From Parasitella parasitica NRRL 2501 (lineage: Eukaryota; Fungi; Mucoromycota): a DNA stretch of 64,000 nucleotides. The notes beneath the pieces are model-generated. The model had not been told where the DNA came from and ran no database searches. It saw only the letters and a program-made list of their open reading frames with translations. Below, in pieces: positions 1 through 15,212 of the stretch (the first letter of the stretch is position 1; each line of letters opens with the position of its first letter). The DNA is taken from positions 165,329-229,328 of the forward strand of contig MU619273.1 of the NCBI GenBank assembly GCA_025201805.1, given 5' to 3'. A program made the position numbers and the translations under genes.

Positions 1-793
1 AGCGACCCGTCTCTACCTCCTGGCACTATCAAAGGTAAGTATTTTTGTACATGGCACAATAAATATATATATATATATACACGCCCATCTAACTGCACTC
101 AATCTAGTTCTCACAAGAACGTTGTTTGTCGGTCCTATCCCTGACCACTATGACAAGAATGACGTTGCTCAATTATTCAGTAAATACGGTGAATTAGCAA
201 GTGTTATTGTAGCCAAAAAGCTCAAAGGTCGCCATAATGCCTTTCTTAAGTTTACAACCAGAGCTTCTACAGAAGCTGCCAAATATGAATCTGAGGGACT
301 AATTGTCGAAGATGTGCCAGTGAAAGTCAACTGGGCGTTCGGTTTCGGACCAAAAAAACATTTCAACTATGACCGTGGTGATTCCATCATTCCTCTGGCT
401 GAACTGAGTTCAGTCGAGAAAGACTATTTGGCGAATGCTCCTGTTGGTGGGTTCCATGGTCATCCTGTGCGAGAGTTGATGGTCATCGAAGAGCCCGAAG
501 CTCAATACCGTCCTGAATGGAAAAACTCAAACGCAGGTGGTGGCGGAGATGAGCCACGAGGTTTCAAGCGTCAGCAAGGCAGTGGTGCAAATTTTGAGGA
601 AATCAACACTGTTAGAAAAAGAGGGAGGTTTGCAGCCAACAACAATGATGATGGGTATAACGACCCAAACCTCCCGAATTTCTATGGCTCTTCTCCGATT
701 AGAAATAGTGGACGTGGCCATGGTTTTGGCTATCAACAACATCAGCAACAACACGATGGCTCATCAAGCATCACATACTCTGATCATCAATGA
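1..793 (+). CDS. NRD1: 3' part of Nrd1/Seb1-like RRM RNA-binding transcription termination factor (5' end outside window; intron 35-107)
   Basis: Spliced translation DPSLPPGTIKV|LTRTLFVGPIP...VNWAFGFGPKKHFNYDRGDSIIPL...GGFHGHP...IEEP matches the recalled Nrd1/Seb1 RRM-flanking signature; GTAAGT donor at 35, AG at 106-107. Confidence 0.8.
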   Translation, partial: ATRLYLLALSKVSIFVHGTINIYIYIHAHLTALNLVLTRTLFVGPIPDHYDKNDVAQLFSKYGELASVIVAKKLKGRHNAFLKFTTRASTEAAKYESEGLIVEDVPVKVNWAFGFGPKKHFNYDRGDSIIPLAELSSVEKDYLANAPVGGFHGHPVRELMVIEEPEAQYRPEWKNSNAGGGGDEPRGFKRQQGSGANFEEINTVRKRGRFAANNNDDGYNDPNLPNFYGSSPIRNSGRGHGFGYQQHQQQHDGSSSITYSDHQ

Positions 794-2708
794 TTTGGAT
801 TTTATTTTTTAATCCATCATTAGCGTCATGGCTGCTGCTGTTACGAATGTTGTTTGTAGATAATAAAAAGTGATCTTTTCTTCTTTTCTTTTCTTTTTTT
901 TTTTCTTTCCCTCCTTCAATTGTCGACATTAAAATGACTCGACGCCAGGGAGCAGCTTGGCTGCAATCCTCAGTTCAGCGCATAATATGAAAATAGGGTG
1001 CTGTATTTTAGAATAGCCACAATTTTTATTTTTTTGATACATGGATGACCATTTGTGTATTTATTTACTACTAATCACAAAACCAATTGCCTTTCCAGCC
1101 TTGTATCGAGTTTATATTTGTCCATGATTTTTTTGTTCTGAAATCCTTGATAATCTTTGGCACCTTCAAGCATCTTTCATTCATTTTCTTTACCACTTTA
1201 GCTCCATATATAGTATCTGAGCAGCAGATCTGGATGATCAGCTATTTCATTTTAAACCAAAAAGACAAGCTTTTGATGTGTTCCGTTTCTTTTCAATTAA
1301 ATTTGCCTGGTTCAACCCCTCTTATTGAATATTTTGTTCGGTCAACTGCTTTTCATGCGTGTTTCTTCTTAGCTGCTCGCATTGGAGACTTTGTGTTCTG
1401 TATAGATGGAGGTTAAAGTACTATGCATCCATCCCTCTCTTCCCGTTATCCATCGTGTATTGCGTTGTTTAATTAAAGATTGATGAATAAAATCATTATT
1501 TCAACATCGTCAGTTGTAGAGATCACCAAAAAAAAAAAAAAATCTTGTTTAACCAATTCCTCATGTCTCTTTCCCGATAGATTCTTTAGTATGTCATCCT
1601 TTGCTCTCATTATTAACTTGATTCCTTTCTTTCTTCTCGAGATTTAGGTTTGTATTTGTCGTGCAGCATATCTGTTGTGTTGGCTGCCCTCTGATGTCTG
1701 GAGGGTATATGGTAGTTGTGAAACAGTAATGTGACAAACCCTAGGGTAGTACCCTGGAGCCTTGTTTGCGCATAGCTTCGTTTGTGATTCAACTGACGCA
1801 TGTAACTATTGTATCAATGAACTTTATATTCACATATTATCAGTCGCTTCCCTGAAATCATTCTCGTCCATTTTGTCGTGTTGTTCTCGTTGTCTTATCT
1901 TTCCGCATAACGACATTTATTAGCTCTAAATATAAGTTTACTTCCTTGGACCTTTGATAAAACCACGACATTAAACAAAGATCTTTTTTATTCTCATCTC
2001 ACTTTTACTGAATTGTAATCTACATAAATAGCTTGCTTACATCCACAGTTCTAACATCGATATGCAAAGATTCTAAAGTTCAAAAAGATGATCACATTCG
2101 ACTAGGTTTCCTTAATCGAAACACAAGACATTGGTTATAACAGGAAGATTGCAGCATAACATCTGTCAGGCACATGAACAATCATGGCCGGCGATGAATG
2201 GACTTCAAATATGCAAGCTTCAAGATCAACTAGTCAAGGATTTCCATAATAGGCCCGTTTAACATGCAAACAGAATTATCACAGGTTTAAAGAGACCATC
2301 CCAATCCTCAGCAGTCGATTTTTTAATTCAGATAGCTATAAAAACCGTTAAAGATTCAATATATGACATTTCACCCCTTAAAAACGGCGAAAATTAGAAA
2401 TTATATATACATCGTTTGCCTGCTATGCACAAAAATGAATACCCGTTGATGGGTAAAATAGCCTTTTCAGCGTAGCGTAACTTGATATTAATTGAATGGC
2501 GATAGATATCATTGGGTAGGTTTTTGAATTGAAAGGGGGGTTGGGTTGGGTGGTGGTGATGAAAGGGTTCACTTGACCATTTATTCATGGTGTAAAACCA
2601 GGATCGACATTAGATTTTCCGTGTTCCGCTTCAACAAGGTATAAAACAGCGGCAATGCTTATTTCCTCTCTTGTTTCTTCTTTAATATAGTTTTCTTCCA
2701 TACATATT

Positions 2709-3014
2709 ATGGGTTTTGTCGAGAAAATCAAAAGCACTTACGACTATTATAAGCTGGATAAATACACAAAAAGACGAGTATCACAGTCTCAATTCGAATC
2801 GCATGATCGCCGTTATTATGAAAACATTTACAGAGACGGTGCTTACTTGAGCCCTGAAGAATCAAACTCAAATAATTCATCCTCTTCCCATGGAAGCTGC
2901 AAGCAAAAACGATGGAGCCTACACGACTTGGTGAAAAAAGCAAATAGGAAATCGCCTGCTGTTACCGCAAGTCAGACGAAAACCTCAGAGACGTACACAC
3001 TGGGCCGAGTTTGA
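2709..3014 (+). CDS. small hypothetical protein (101 aa)
   Basis: Clean ATG-stop ORF with TATAAAA about 70 bp upstream (2640) and a pyrimidine-rich leader; no recognisable domain. Confidence 0.65.
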   Translation: MGFVEKIKSTYDYYKLDKYTKRRVSQSQFESHDRRYYENIYRDGAYLSPEESNSNNSSSSHGSCKQKRWSLHDLVKKANRKSPAVTASQTKTSETYTLGRV

Positions 3015-3235
3015 GTTTACTCAATTTCTCCCCTGCTCTATCAAATGTGCTATATACCGTATATATATCTTTTAATATAAGAATCTTTATTTTTCTTAAA
3101 AAAAAAATTGCATGAAAATAATATATTTTTTCAATAAAGCATTCATTAGAAAGGCATACTATTTGTGTCAATTTGCAGTCGGGTGAATTGTTCATAGGGT
3201 TGTGATGGTGTTTTCCATAGCATGAAGTCTGCGTC

Positions 3236-3643
3236 TCATTTGGTCTGTGCCAAAGTTCTCAACCTATTTTGTACAACACAAAAAAAAAAAAAAATTAGCA
3301 TAAATTCATCGGTTCCTCCTGGTGATAATTGTATACTTGCATTACGTATGATACCAGGATTAAGATCCCAGAAAAGATCTTCTTGTTGTCTTTGTTCAGG
3401 CCGCCATAATGGATCATCATTTGGATTATACAATCTGCCAGGTGGTGTATTATTCATCTGAAGAAAATTGGTTTGCTCTCGTTTTTTTTGTTCTTTGATA
3501 CGTTGAGGAACGTTTCCATTCGTTAATCGACGAGCAAGGCCCGGATAAAGATCATATTGTGTGTGTGTCGTATAATGCGCATAATATACTCTGGGGGTTG
3601 TTTCCAGTTGTACGGTTTTCTGAGAGGATGTGTTAGCAGACAT
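3236..3643 (-). CDS. hypothetical protein (start probably MSANTSS at 3643)
   Basis: ORF with protein-like composition after a T-rich leader; 3' end runs through a homopolymer, so the stop is uncertain. Confidence 0.5.
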   Translation of the reverse strand: MSANTSSQKTVQLETTPRVYYAHYTTHTQYDLYPGLARRLTNGNVPQRIKEQKKREQTNFLQMNNTPPGRLYNPNDDPLWRPEQRQQEDLFWDLNPGIIRNASIQLSPGGTDEFMLIFFFFCVVQNRLRTLAQTK

Positions 3644-5810
3644 TCCGGTGTTGAACCAAGAATAAGTAAAGGTGAAGTTGAAAAAAGAAAAAAAAAAGAC
3701 AAAGAAGAATGTATTTATAGACAAAAAAAAAAACTGAATACATGTGGTAATATCGTATGCTTATTGTCTTTGACGTTCCTTTTTCAAATATGGGGGTTAG
3801 CAGGTGATATTACAATTTATGTAGTCCACTGCCGATGCTATATTATTTGAATTTCATACAGATCTGTGTATGCATGGCACGTCTTTTCTACATGTTTGTA
3901 TACAGAATACTCAACCCGCCATCACCTATTTACTATTTACACTTCTTAACCACCAAACGTACCTCTTAGAGGAACCCAGCGCTTTAACACGAGATATATA
4001 AGAATAAGCAAAAAAAGAGGAGTATTGTCACCCTGTTCTAGGAAAAGCATCATCATGCGGACAATCATGTGCCTTAAACTGAAAAATAGCCTAAAAGGTC
4101 TTTTTGAAAATATGTTTAATATTTATGTGATCTCCAAATCAATGAGCATATAACTAAAAATGTTTTTACGTTTACTCATATATTACAGCAACCAAACTTC
4201 ATGTGCTTTTTGTTGTTGTACATGTATATATACAATAGTGAATGTACAACGAAATCAAATAGTGTACTGAATATACCAAGAAGATTATTATTGAAATATA
4301 TAACATTTAAGAAGCACTAACTATTCCCGTGTTCTGCAGAAGATAGTTGATGGCACGTGCGTTATGAAGCATTTACCATTGAAACCTTAAAAGTACTTTA
4401 TATATATTTCATGTGACAAAAACGCATCAAAGTTAATCATACAAATGCTCAATTAGACCGTGCGTACAAAATAATGGAATAGAAGTCTAAGTTTATTATC
4501 CCTACATATAGTACATATAAAATATAAACAGGTAATGAAATACCTATGCCGTACATGTCATAAGATATGCATTCACCTAAAAATTAGACCATCTGCGATA
4601 AATTCAATAAGGACACGTTACTATTTTAAAGCGAAATATGTACAAATTGCACAATTGCAACTTATATGATACAATGATAATTAGGGATGTAATAAGCTTT
4701 GTATTGCGATAGGGTACAGTTATCTAAAACAATCTATTGTGTTAATGGAGTTTTTTAATTGCTAGCATTAACATGATCTGAACCATTACTTACTATATAA
4801 TACATGGAGATATTACTGGTTACGCAGTGATGGAGAGCAATGTATGTTATGTGAGCTATTCTATGGTAATAAACTTCTTATTATACAGTAAATCATAAAA
4901 AAAAAAAATACGGTTAATTATGATATTTTGACAAGATGAAAATAGATATAGCCAGATAGATGTTTCCACTAAGGCCCCACTAAGGGCCCAATATCTACCA
5001 CGATACGTGCTTTTTTATATCAAGTTGAATGTTTCACGTTTAAATAAGTCTTGATGGTCAGAAACATTTTTGTGCTCTCGACTTTCTAAATTGTATTTCT
5101 TTTTCCTACATACATTGAATAAAACTGGAGAATTTGCTATTATTTGAGAGGCCAGCAAGTATCGTAGGTGATCTGCCATAATTATAGACAGGAGATCATG
5201 CACATATAAACAGGATAATCGTCTAGATCATCAAATGATGACTCTTTGGTAAATTTACCTGTCCTTCTTCCTTTCGTATAGTCGTCGTTATTTGATTTAA
5301 TAGGTTTTGACATTGACTGTGTAAGATTGATTTGCAAAACATTGATTTTTATCTCCGTTAGAGCAATTATTATAATCACATCATCGTTTGTTATTGTTTT
5401 ATGGGCATCTTTATCCAGAACTATTGAATGATGGTAAACTTTTTAGCTGATGAAATTACTGCCGAACTTGATATCTTTTTTATCATTATTTTCTACTACT
5501 TCAAAATAACGTATGTATAGAACTTCGTAGCGCAATGCAAGAGACTGTGAAGTCTCCATAATGGGGAATATCAAAAGAAATTTATCAATAAGGAGTCCTA
5601 ACAAGAGCCAAGACAGCAACGAAAGTTCGTCGTTCATATAATAAGCTTCACAATAAGACTTGAGAGAGTGTATCGTACGAAAAAAATGCCATAGAAAATG
5701 GGTAGTATATGCTAAACTTACGCCAATTGAAACATTACATTACATTATTTAAAATCCAAATACAGGATATGCACGATCACTTTTTTTTTTCCCCTCTCTT
5801 TATTTTAAAT

Positions 5811-8800
5811 ATGAGCAGTAGTAAACGACGCCAAAGTTCATCCTATAGCGAAGACTTGTCAAGATATGAATTTGTTGATTATACGTCCGTGTCTCATTTC
5901 GAGAAATTTGTTACACATATCGAAGAGACGCTGTATTCTTGGGGTATCAAGGATGGTTCTTATGGTATATTTTCACAACAACAAGTAGCAAATGTTAAAG
6001 CGGCCATAGCACAACCTTCACCTGTAGAATTTACCAGAAGAGAGGAATTATCAATGAGCGACGATGTATATCAACTCACCTATTATTGCCATCCTACTAT
6101 CACTACTTCTACGACGGATACTGAAGAGGGAGCCGTCGAGCACTTTCACCAGTTCAATACAGTGCAATATCATCCTCTACATCGATGGACTGGCCAAGAG
6201 CGTTTGTTGGTTTTGAAGCCAATGCAAGATTCTCTTAAAAAGAAAATATTCAACACTAATAAATCATCCATTGATATCTCACAAACTAAGCAATTGATAT
6301 CAGCATGCGCCATTGCGTTTCAAAACACTGGTTGCAGGGTGCCTGTGTTTGTGCCTGTTGGACAGAACCGCCATGAAATGTATATGGGATACGGCGTCAC
6401 TACTCAGCAACCAGACAGCCCTTTCAACGAGACTGAAGTGCGGTACAATATGACTCTCACAATCCCACCTGCAGCAGATCTGTCCTATTTGGAAGGCTTA
6501 AAGACACTTTTTTTACAAAAGCTTAGCATGCACCGAGAAGATTACGGTATGTGAGAGAGAAAGTAGATATTGAGTTGATTTAGCTCACTGTGGCAAACAG
6601 GGAAATCCGGAGAGGCACCAGATGCATCTGTCTACATATCAGCGGTTTATACCTACAACCTTAAAAATTGGTTTGACGAAAATTGGAAGGATTGGGAAGA
6701 GATTTCGGAAAAGGAAACCAAACGTAGAGGCAGTTTTAGTGACGATTTTGAAGCATGGGGCGATGAAGATGATGGAGCGGATTTGATGGAGGCTGACGGT
6801 CAGGATACTGGCCTAAGATATAAACGAAAACTAGAGAAAATGAATCAACATCAGTTAACGTTTGGATCCTTCAATGACCCACTTCGCGCATTAACCTTAA
6901 GTGCATTGTTCCCTCTTATCCAAGAAAATGAATTTCATGAAGCTTATGATCGAAACATGGATGCATTGACAGCAAAGCAGTGGCAAATTTCGAGAGAATT
7001 CGCTCCGGTCAGCCAGCAAAGAGCCTATTTAGCTACGTTGGTAGAGCAGGTGGTTGAATCATGGATAAAGGATCCTACAAACCGAGAGTACCTGGCTCCT
7101 TACGACGACGATAACGATGAACCTATAAATGATGGCGCTGGACTAATGCACCACTTGTTTACAGCTGGAAATCGAAACAAATTTTCAGCACAAATGGGAG
7201 CGTCGACAGGTACAAGCACGACCAACAGCAGCACCAGCGGCCTTGCAGACTCGATTACTGTCACTAAATCAGACGCAGTAGATAACGTATTGACAGCGCT
7301 GTTTCACCCGATGACTTGCAAAGAAGACACCACAAGGAAGAGCACTACGCCGTGTAAATTCGACAACACCAAAAAATTAGTTTTCAAATTAAAGTGTAAC
7401 TCTACTGTGCCATACCGATCCTTTTTATGGAATTTGTTACTCTACAGTTTGGAAGAATCATCAAAAGGAAGGGAATCAGGCTCCAAAAAGAATATCACAA
7501 GCTTTTTAGGATTTCTTAAAATGGTTTGGATCGAAGTCTTGAAGCAGATCCGCTGGCATTGGGAGAATTCAGAGGCTATTCCTAGCTTAAGCCCCTATCT
7601 TTATGGCGATTCAAGTGCAGAGGTGCCTGAAAAGGATAGCAAAACACTAGGCATTGATCTTCGTTATAATATTGTAAGTTGTCACCCGAATGTGTCAAAC
7701 GCTTATGATCTGACAAGTTTGAGAATTAGCTGCACCAAAAGATAGCCATGGTGAATTGCTGTATTTTACGGCGAAAACAGAATGCTCCACAAAATGGCAA
7801 TGTTGGAAATACTGCCATCAAACCAGTTCGGCAAGCTGGGAGTCTGTTTAATCAAATGGCTGAAAAGCAAGTACCCAAATTGTCAAAGTTTCAAACATTG
7901 CTTGAGAGATTTGTTGAAGGAGGAGCTGATAACGACAACAGTGAAGCCATTGAGGTATGTTTGACAGAAGAGAGCAGACAATAGCTGAAAGATGACGGGA
8001 ATAATAGGACTCTATCACATTTGCGCTCTCCGACCTCGACGATAATCAAGTTTCTGATGAGAGCGATTTATTTGTAGACGCTGTTGACGCTAGTTCTAGC
8101 GACAGTGGTGGCAGTCAAAACAATCTTACCCAATCACAACAAGAAGACGAAGAAGTGGAAGTGGTTGTACCTAGTATGCCATTTACAGTCGAAGAGTTGG
8201 AAGCCGATGAGGTGAATGCTGTCAAAGATCCAGAAGCTATCGAAGGGGAATCAACGGTGCATGATTCATTAAAGCTCTTAAAGACAGGACAGCCAATGCA
8301 TATTCCTATTACACAAGATCCTGGATTTATGACAGAAGATATGATTACACAGCAAGCAGATCTGTTTGAAAAGTTAGGCACATCGATAAGCGCCACACAG
8401 CAAAGAGCCAAATTGCAGTCAGCACAACTCTATTCGGACATGCAAGCGTTCAAAGCTGCAAACCCACATGCCTGTTTAGAGGACTTTGTTCGATGGCACT
8501 CACCGCGTGATTGGGTAGCAGATAAGGATGGAGAAGGTGGTCGACTAAGCACTCGTATGTCAGAACCGAACAACATTTGGCAAGAATTGTGGAAATGGTC
8601 GAAAAGAATACCCTGTGTTCGACAAAAACCGCTATTCAATCTGTGCGCTGAGGCTGAGAAAGCACTGCATTTTTTAGAAACAACATCAATCCATGACTTC
8701 TTCTCTCTCATGCTGCCCACACTTGGTTTAATTGCTTACGATACGCTTTCTGTCCATCCTATCGCACAGTACAGTCAACATGTCTCAAATGGTTTAATAC

Positions 8801-9366
8801 ATCTATCAAGTGAATTGGTTGATTTCCCATGGGAGGAATTACGGTAAGTTGCTTAGCATTGTACGTGACAGTGGCTCACTTTTACTTTTGACAGCCAAGG
8901 AAAACAAACATTCGATGGGATCATTTCTGCCATACGCCACCAAGAATCGCTTATGTGTCATGCTATATCGTTACTTCGAAAGGTGGGTTATAATTGTCAA
9001 TTATTATATAGACATCTCATTCATGCTATTTTTTCAGTTACCTAGGCAGTACGATCTTGTGGATCAACTGCTGCTTAACGATCAAACAATAGTCAAAGAA
9101 GGAGATGAAAGATCAGCTGTATTCCAATTGTTTAGAAACGATCGTAAGTTTAAATATATCCTTTGCAAAGATCTATAATTAAACACATTTTAATCACTTT
9201 AGGTGGCATTATATCAGAGCCAACATCTAGCGAATACATTTTATATAGCGATTGCAAGGATTTGACCAGCCCTGGCCGCATTTTACCATCAAGGCAGTAT
9301 GCGATCGTTAAAGATAACGAAATCCGAATCATGTATACACAAACAACAGATGCATTATTTGCTTGA
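5811..9366 (+). CDS. RAB3GAP1: Rab3 GTPase-activating protein catalytic subunit (multi-exon)
   Basis: N-terminal FVDYTSVSHFEKFVTHIEE and catalytic-domain signature LYSDMQAFKAANPHACLEDFVRWHSPRDW...LSTRMSEPNNIWQELW; several ORFs joined by short GT-AG introns. Confidence 0.88.
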
Positions 9367-9524
9367 AAGATAGTGCATCAGAAAAATCATATACAAACAT
9401 GTCCAATGATATTACCAGAAAAAAATATTTTCCTTTATTTTTTTTTTCTATCTTTTACATCTATAATATATTCTTTCTTTCTCTCTTGCTTGCTAACGAA
9501 AAAGGCAGACAAACAAATAAATAC

Positions 9525-9986
9525 ATGTGGAAAAACAGAGAAAAGCACATTCTAGATATCTATAAAAATGATCAATTAGTCGTTGAACGGAATCTAACAA
9601 GACAGCCAACACAACATCCGTCAAATGAAAAAAGCAAGATGTACCAGGGAAATGAATTTGATGTTTTCGGTAAAGACTCGAAAGAAGAGCAATTTGCACC
9701 ATTATACTCGAAAGAGCAATTTACACCGAAAAACAAAGACAAGATGGACGGATCGAAACGAGAGACCTTGCTGAAAACAGAGCTGAAAACAGAGCTGAAA
9801 CGAGGACAAGTGGAGGCTCTAATGCAGCACACAATCATTATCAAGAAAAGAAAAGTGTCACCTGTGACAACACCCACTTCTAGCAACGTGTTTTTCAAAT
9901 CAACTGCAGCTATCAACTCGCCCATTGCGAATATGTTTGTTGACCCAAAGCAAGATCACCAGGATAAAGATTTGGCCTACTATTAA
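9525..9986 (+). CDS. hypothetical lysine-rich protein (start uncertain)
   Basis: Open frame with internal short repeats (KEQF x2; LKTE tandem, CTGAAAACAGAG); no domain recognised. Confidence 0.45.
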   Translation: MWKNREKHILDIYKNDQLVVERNLTRQPTQHPSNEKSKMYQGNEFDVFGKDSKEEQFAPLYSKEQFTPKNKDKMDGSKRETLLKTELKTELKRGQVEALMQHTIIIKKRKVSPVTTPTSSNVFFKSTAAINSPIANMFVDPKQDHQDKDLAYY

Positions 9987-10098
9987 TAAATAATGTAAAT
10001 AACTATACCATCCACAAATGTAAATACAAGAAAATGTCCCCTTTTAAGAAAACTAGAAATATGTGCAACGCCAATACATTTTATTGGCTGTGAGATAA

Positions 10099-11191
<1,093 letters not shown>

Positions 11192-11267
11192 GGAAAACAA
11201 CAACTCAAAAAGCATTTATTTTCATTTTATTACATTATAAAGAATTACACACAACCACAGTAGATTT

Positions 11268-12405
11268 CTAATTGATCTTTTTTGCGCTTGTTTGTATTGC
11301 TTTGCTATATTCATAGCCTGCAAAAAACAATGGCAATGTGAAGGAACTGGACATGAGAGGCGTTACGGCGATGAGAATCCATACCCAGGAAGGGACATGC
11401 TGATAGTCTCTTTGGCTGACAGTGTACATCCATGCCACAGAAATTAATTGCATGCAAACAATGTCGTAACTGACACTCGATTGGGCTGGATGACTGAAAA
11501 ATGTGGTAATTGCAGTGTCATATATCTGGTACCATGTGTGCTGATTAAATGGTGCCAATGTTGCCAAACAGGTGAACCACTGATTGGCATAGATAGAGAG
11601 ATTGGCACCTGCCGCCAACGCGTACAAGACAGCGGCATAAGTGGATGCACTCTTTGACGACAATGGTGTTGATGATTCAGTGTAAACTAGAGGAAAAATG
11701 AGCAAAATATGCATAGCCAAAAGATTCCCCATGAATGCATCTGTGTCGGCAACAAATGGGCACAAAACCACAGTAAGAATACCTCCAACAGATGACAGTG
11801 TTAAAGTTTTCAGTAACCTGGAAGACGGCTGTCTGTTTGAAAAAGGCTCAAAGGTCAACAAGACGGCAAAGAAGAGAGAAGCCGCAAAAGAAATAGCCAC
11901 AACTTGACCGAGAAGCATGTAAGTCCAAATATACGGAATACGTCGTCTTGTGCCTGTGTTTAGCCCAATCTGTTTGTTTTCAAATGCTCATGTTCAGAAT
12001 TCACCATGGCTTACCTTCAATCGCTAAAATGGGAGTCCAAACTGACACGGTCAGAGTGCATATTTGGTGGCTCCACAACCATTGCCAAGCACCAACACAA
12101 ACTTTTCTCCAGGCACTATCGAACAAAGATACGTCTTTGAGCCAATACGACATTGAATTCAGTGATAACGGCTGCTCGTATCTAGCAAGTTGCTTCCATT
12201 CTTGATAGCTATGTGCAAAGAACTTGAACATGTAGGTCCATGTAGAAAGTAATGATATCAAAGACAAGAGAGCAAACAAAATGACTCCCGGGTGATTGAA
12301 GTAATACACCATTTGAAGTTCGCGCTTCACTCTCCACACCAAAACAAAGATAAGTGCAAAATAAGACGCAAGAATTGCAACTGTAAATGGATGTTCTACG
12401 TTCAT
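11268..12405 (-). CDS. multi-pass membrane protein of unknown function (2 exons; intron about 11954-12014)
   Basis: Two hydrophobic ORFs joined by a GTAAGC...CAG intron; many transmembrane-like segments; TWTYMFKFFAHSY and LFDSAW motifs. Confidence 0.75.
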
Positions 12406-12601
12406 TGCGTGTGTGGTTGTTATATGGTGGTATATTAAACAGAAGAAAAAAGGGGAGGGGGGTGGTTGTGTGATGGCATTTTTAAAACAGCCCTTTAATA
12501 TGAATCTGCATTTTGCGCTATACATATTATTTTTATTAAATCAGGAAAACCCGCTTTTGCATTATTATTATTATTATAATCATCACCATCATCATCAACG
12601 G

Positions 12602-15212
12602 TTAAATTTCCACAAGTATAATTGTACAATCATCGTAATCTTGCAATTTAGATGCGAAGAAGCCATGAGCCCCTTCTCTGTTGGCAAAGTATCTAGCAGA
12701 ATGAACAAGCGTACGTTCTCTAATTTTGCGTGCTCGGAGATCCTCCTCGTCTAATTCTTTATGCAAGAGAGGCGCTGGTGGCAATGGCTCCTCATTTTCT
12801 GTTTGCTGCGGTGCTTTCAATTCAACGCTCATGGGAGATCCAGCTTGCTCTTCATGCATCGTTGTGAAACTATCACCGTTTACAATGTCAATATGACCAC
12901 CTTCTTCAACTACACTGGCAGCTTCCTTTCCAAGTCTTTTCTTTGCAGTGTAGTCTTGTTTCAACTTTTCTTCTTCGTCCAGTAGATAGTGACCAATCTT
13001 CTCGCCATCTTCAATCATAGGACCCAGTGTCTTGGCAATAGCTTTATTCTGTCTGTCTGCCGTTTCTTCGTACATGTAGTCAAAGGTACCGTCTGTGCTC
13101 ATAAACAAAAAGTGCCTTCGCTTCTCTTTGTTCGGGCCATTTCTGATGGTTGTGCGAGAACCTCTTCTTGTATCTGCTATGCGGATAAATGTGACATCAG
13201 GTTCACATGAAATGATTTTGCGGTCTGGATCCATCTTGAAGTCTAAATCACCACAGGAACGCGCTACGTTCAGCGAAGGTACTCGATCTCGATCCCGTTC
13301 CTCTGTTGCTCCAAACCGACTATTAGAACTGTGCCCTTCTGTTTTCGGTGAGAATATTGACGGATCAGTTCCTGTCTGATAATCCTTGGGCCTAATCCTT
13401 GCATTCTTGAGAGATATACGTTTAGCATGTCGATTTTTGTCCTCCCTCAACTTGTCCACGTCTACTTTAATGACCCTGTTTTGAACAGAATCCACAAACT
13501 CGCCACCATTCTCCAAGATGTGGCGGGCCAAGTGCTCCAAGTAGGGTTTATGGTCTTGTGAAGCGAATTCAACATCAAAATTATAGTCTTTATCGATGCC
13601 GACAGTGTATGGTGTAGTTACAGGTAGCGGGGTACTAGGTTCAGGAGCAGAAATTAATACTGAACGAGAGTCTCCAATATTCACATTAATGAGCCATTCG
13701 CCAAAGAACAAATTCAGAATAAGCGTACATCCATCATTATCTACCTTTTCGTTCAGGTTCTCTTTAGATGCCATCTGTTGTCGCTTTATATCCAGATAAC
13801 TGTCGTCCAATTGTTGAATCATGGTTTTTATATTCTTTTCTAGTTTTGCTCGTACGGTTGGATCGTTCAGTTTTGAAGGGACAAACTTTGAGCATACGGC
13901 CTGAACAGCCTGAGGCGTCTTTCTCACAAAGTATTCAGAGCAACCTGGGCCTCCATGGCCATCCGCCAACACAAACAAACGCCCTACCACTCGCTTGTTT
14001 TTGGATATATCACTGACTCTATATTTGTCTTCGCAATGTATTTTGGGAATCTTAATTTTTTCATGCGAGCGAAAACGAGGGTATGAATAGCCTTTTTGTT
14101 GGACAATGGCAAAATTGCTGGCTACGTTGTACTCTGTGAAATTGATCGGGTCGATGTAATCTAGGTCTGCTGTAGGAGGTGAGAATACTAAAGAGTAGCT
14201 TGCTATTGTATCTTCAATCACTTCTGGCTGTTGTGGTGGTTGTAGTGGCACTGCCTTTGGTCCCTGTGAAGCGCCCAAAAGTTCCTCATAGTCAGACCCT
14301 AATCCCATTGAATCAAAGCTCCTATGTTAATTTTTTTTTTTTTTTTTAAAAAAAAAGGCCATTTTATAATTGATTTAAAACGTACGCTGCATCATCGCTG
14401 CTTTCATAGTCATTTCCGCCGTCATCGTCTTTGTAAATTGGCACTTGCATTTGCTCTTCGAGAGATTGATCACCTTCCACATCGATATCAGATTGGCTTG
14501 CTGATTCAGCTGGTATTGATTCGGTTATCGTTGGTGTTGAATCTTTGACAGCGTCTTTAGCTACATTATGTTTTGGCTTTTTGGCTTGTGGTCTTTTCCT
14601 AGTCTTTGCTGATACTCGTAACTTTTCGGTTGGCTTATATACGTCTGGTGCTTTGCGCTGGCGTTTTCCTGAATATGAAATGTGGCTGTAAGGCAGTACA
14701 GGAAGTACCGTAACTGGTTCATCTGGAACTGTTTTCATTCTGGGTAGAACAGCATTGCCGACAAGTTCGTCTGAAAGCTTGTATTTAGTTTGTTTCCTTG
14801 CATCATCCCGCACGATGGAGAATGGATCTATAAGCTTTGCAGTTCTACATATTCCTCTTGAAGAAGATACAATCCCTTGAATAGTGCTTCTTGGTGTTTC
14901 GCCTCTACATACCAATATAAAATAAAAAAAATTTAAAAAAAAAAAAATAAAAAAAAAAGAAAGCCAAGCATGAAAGCACACGCGCTTTTGTATATGGACT
15001 GTAAAGTATTACCTCAACGGCAGTAATTCCAAAGCTCGTACACAATTTACTATCTCTCCGGCTGTTAATGCTTGATTCCCGTAATAGAAAATGGTAGCAG
15101 CGACTTTCATAAAAGAACTATTTGCTCTTAGCTGATCACAGATGTTTAGTCCCTTGAGCTCAGTATCGAGAGGCTCATGCTCAATTTTTCCTGATTCTGT
15201 ATCTGTTGCCAT
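12602..15212 (-). CDS. HARE-HTH (ASXL-like winged helix) + PP2C-family protein phosphatase, predicted 3 exons, 812 aa
   Basis: Exons 15013-15212, 14386-14904 and 12602-14321 splice in frame through GT-AG introns (total 2439 nt). N-terminus SFMKVAATIF...ALTAGEIVNCVRALELLPLRGETPRSTIQG is HARE-HTH-like. C-terminus has PP2C motifs LADGHGG, DGCT, NIGDSR, DHKP, LNVARSCGD, STDG, DDCTIILV. Confidence 0.8.

Noticed and set aside
1087-2400. Possible decayed gene or transposon fragments on the minus strand
   Set aside because: Only short, stop-riddled frames; no motif strong enough to support a call.
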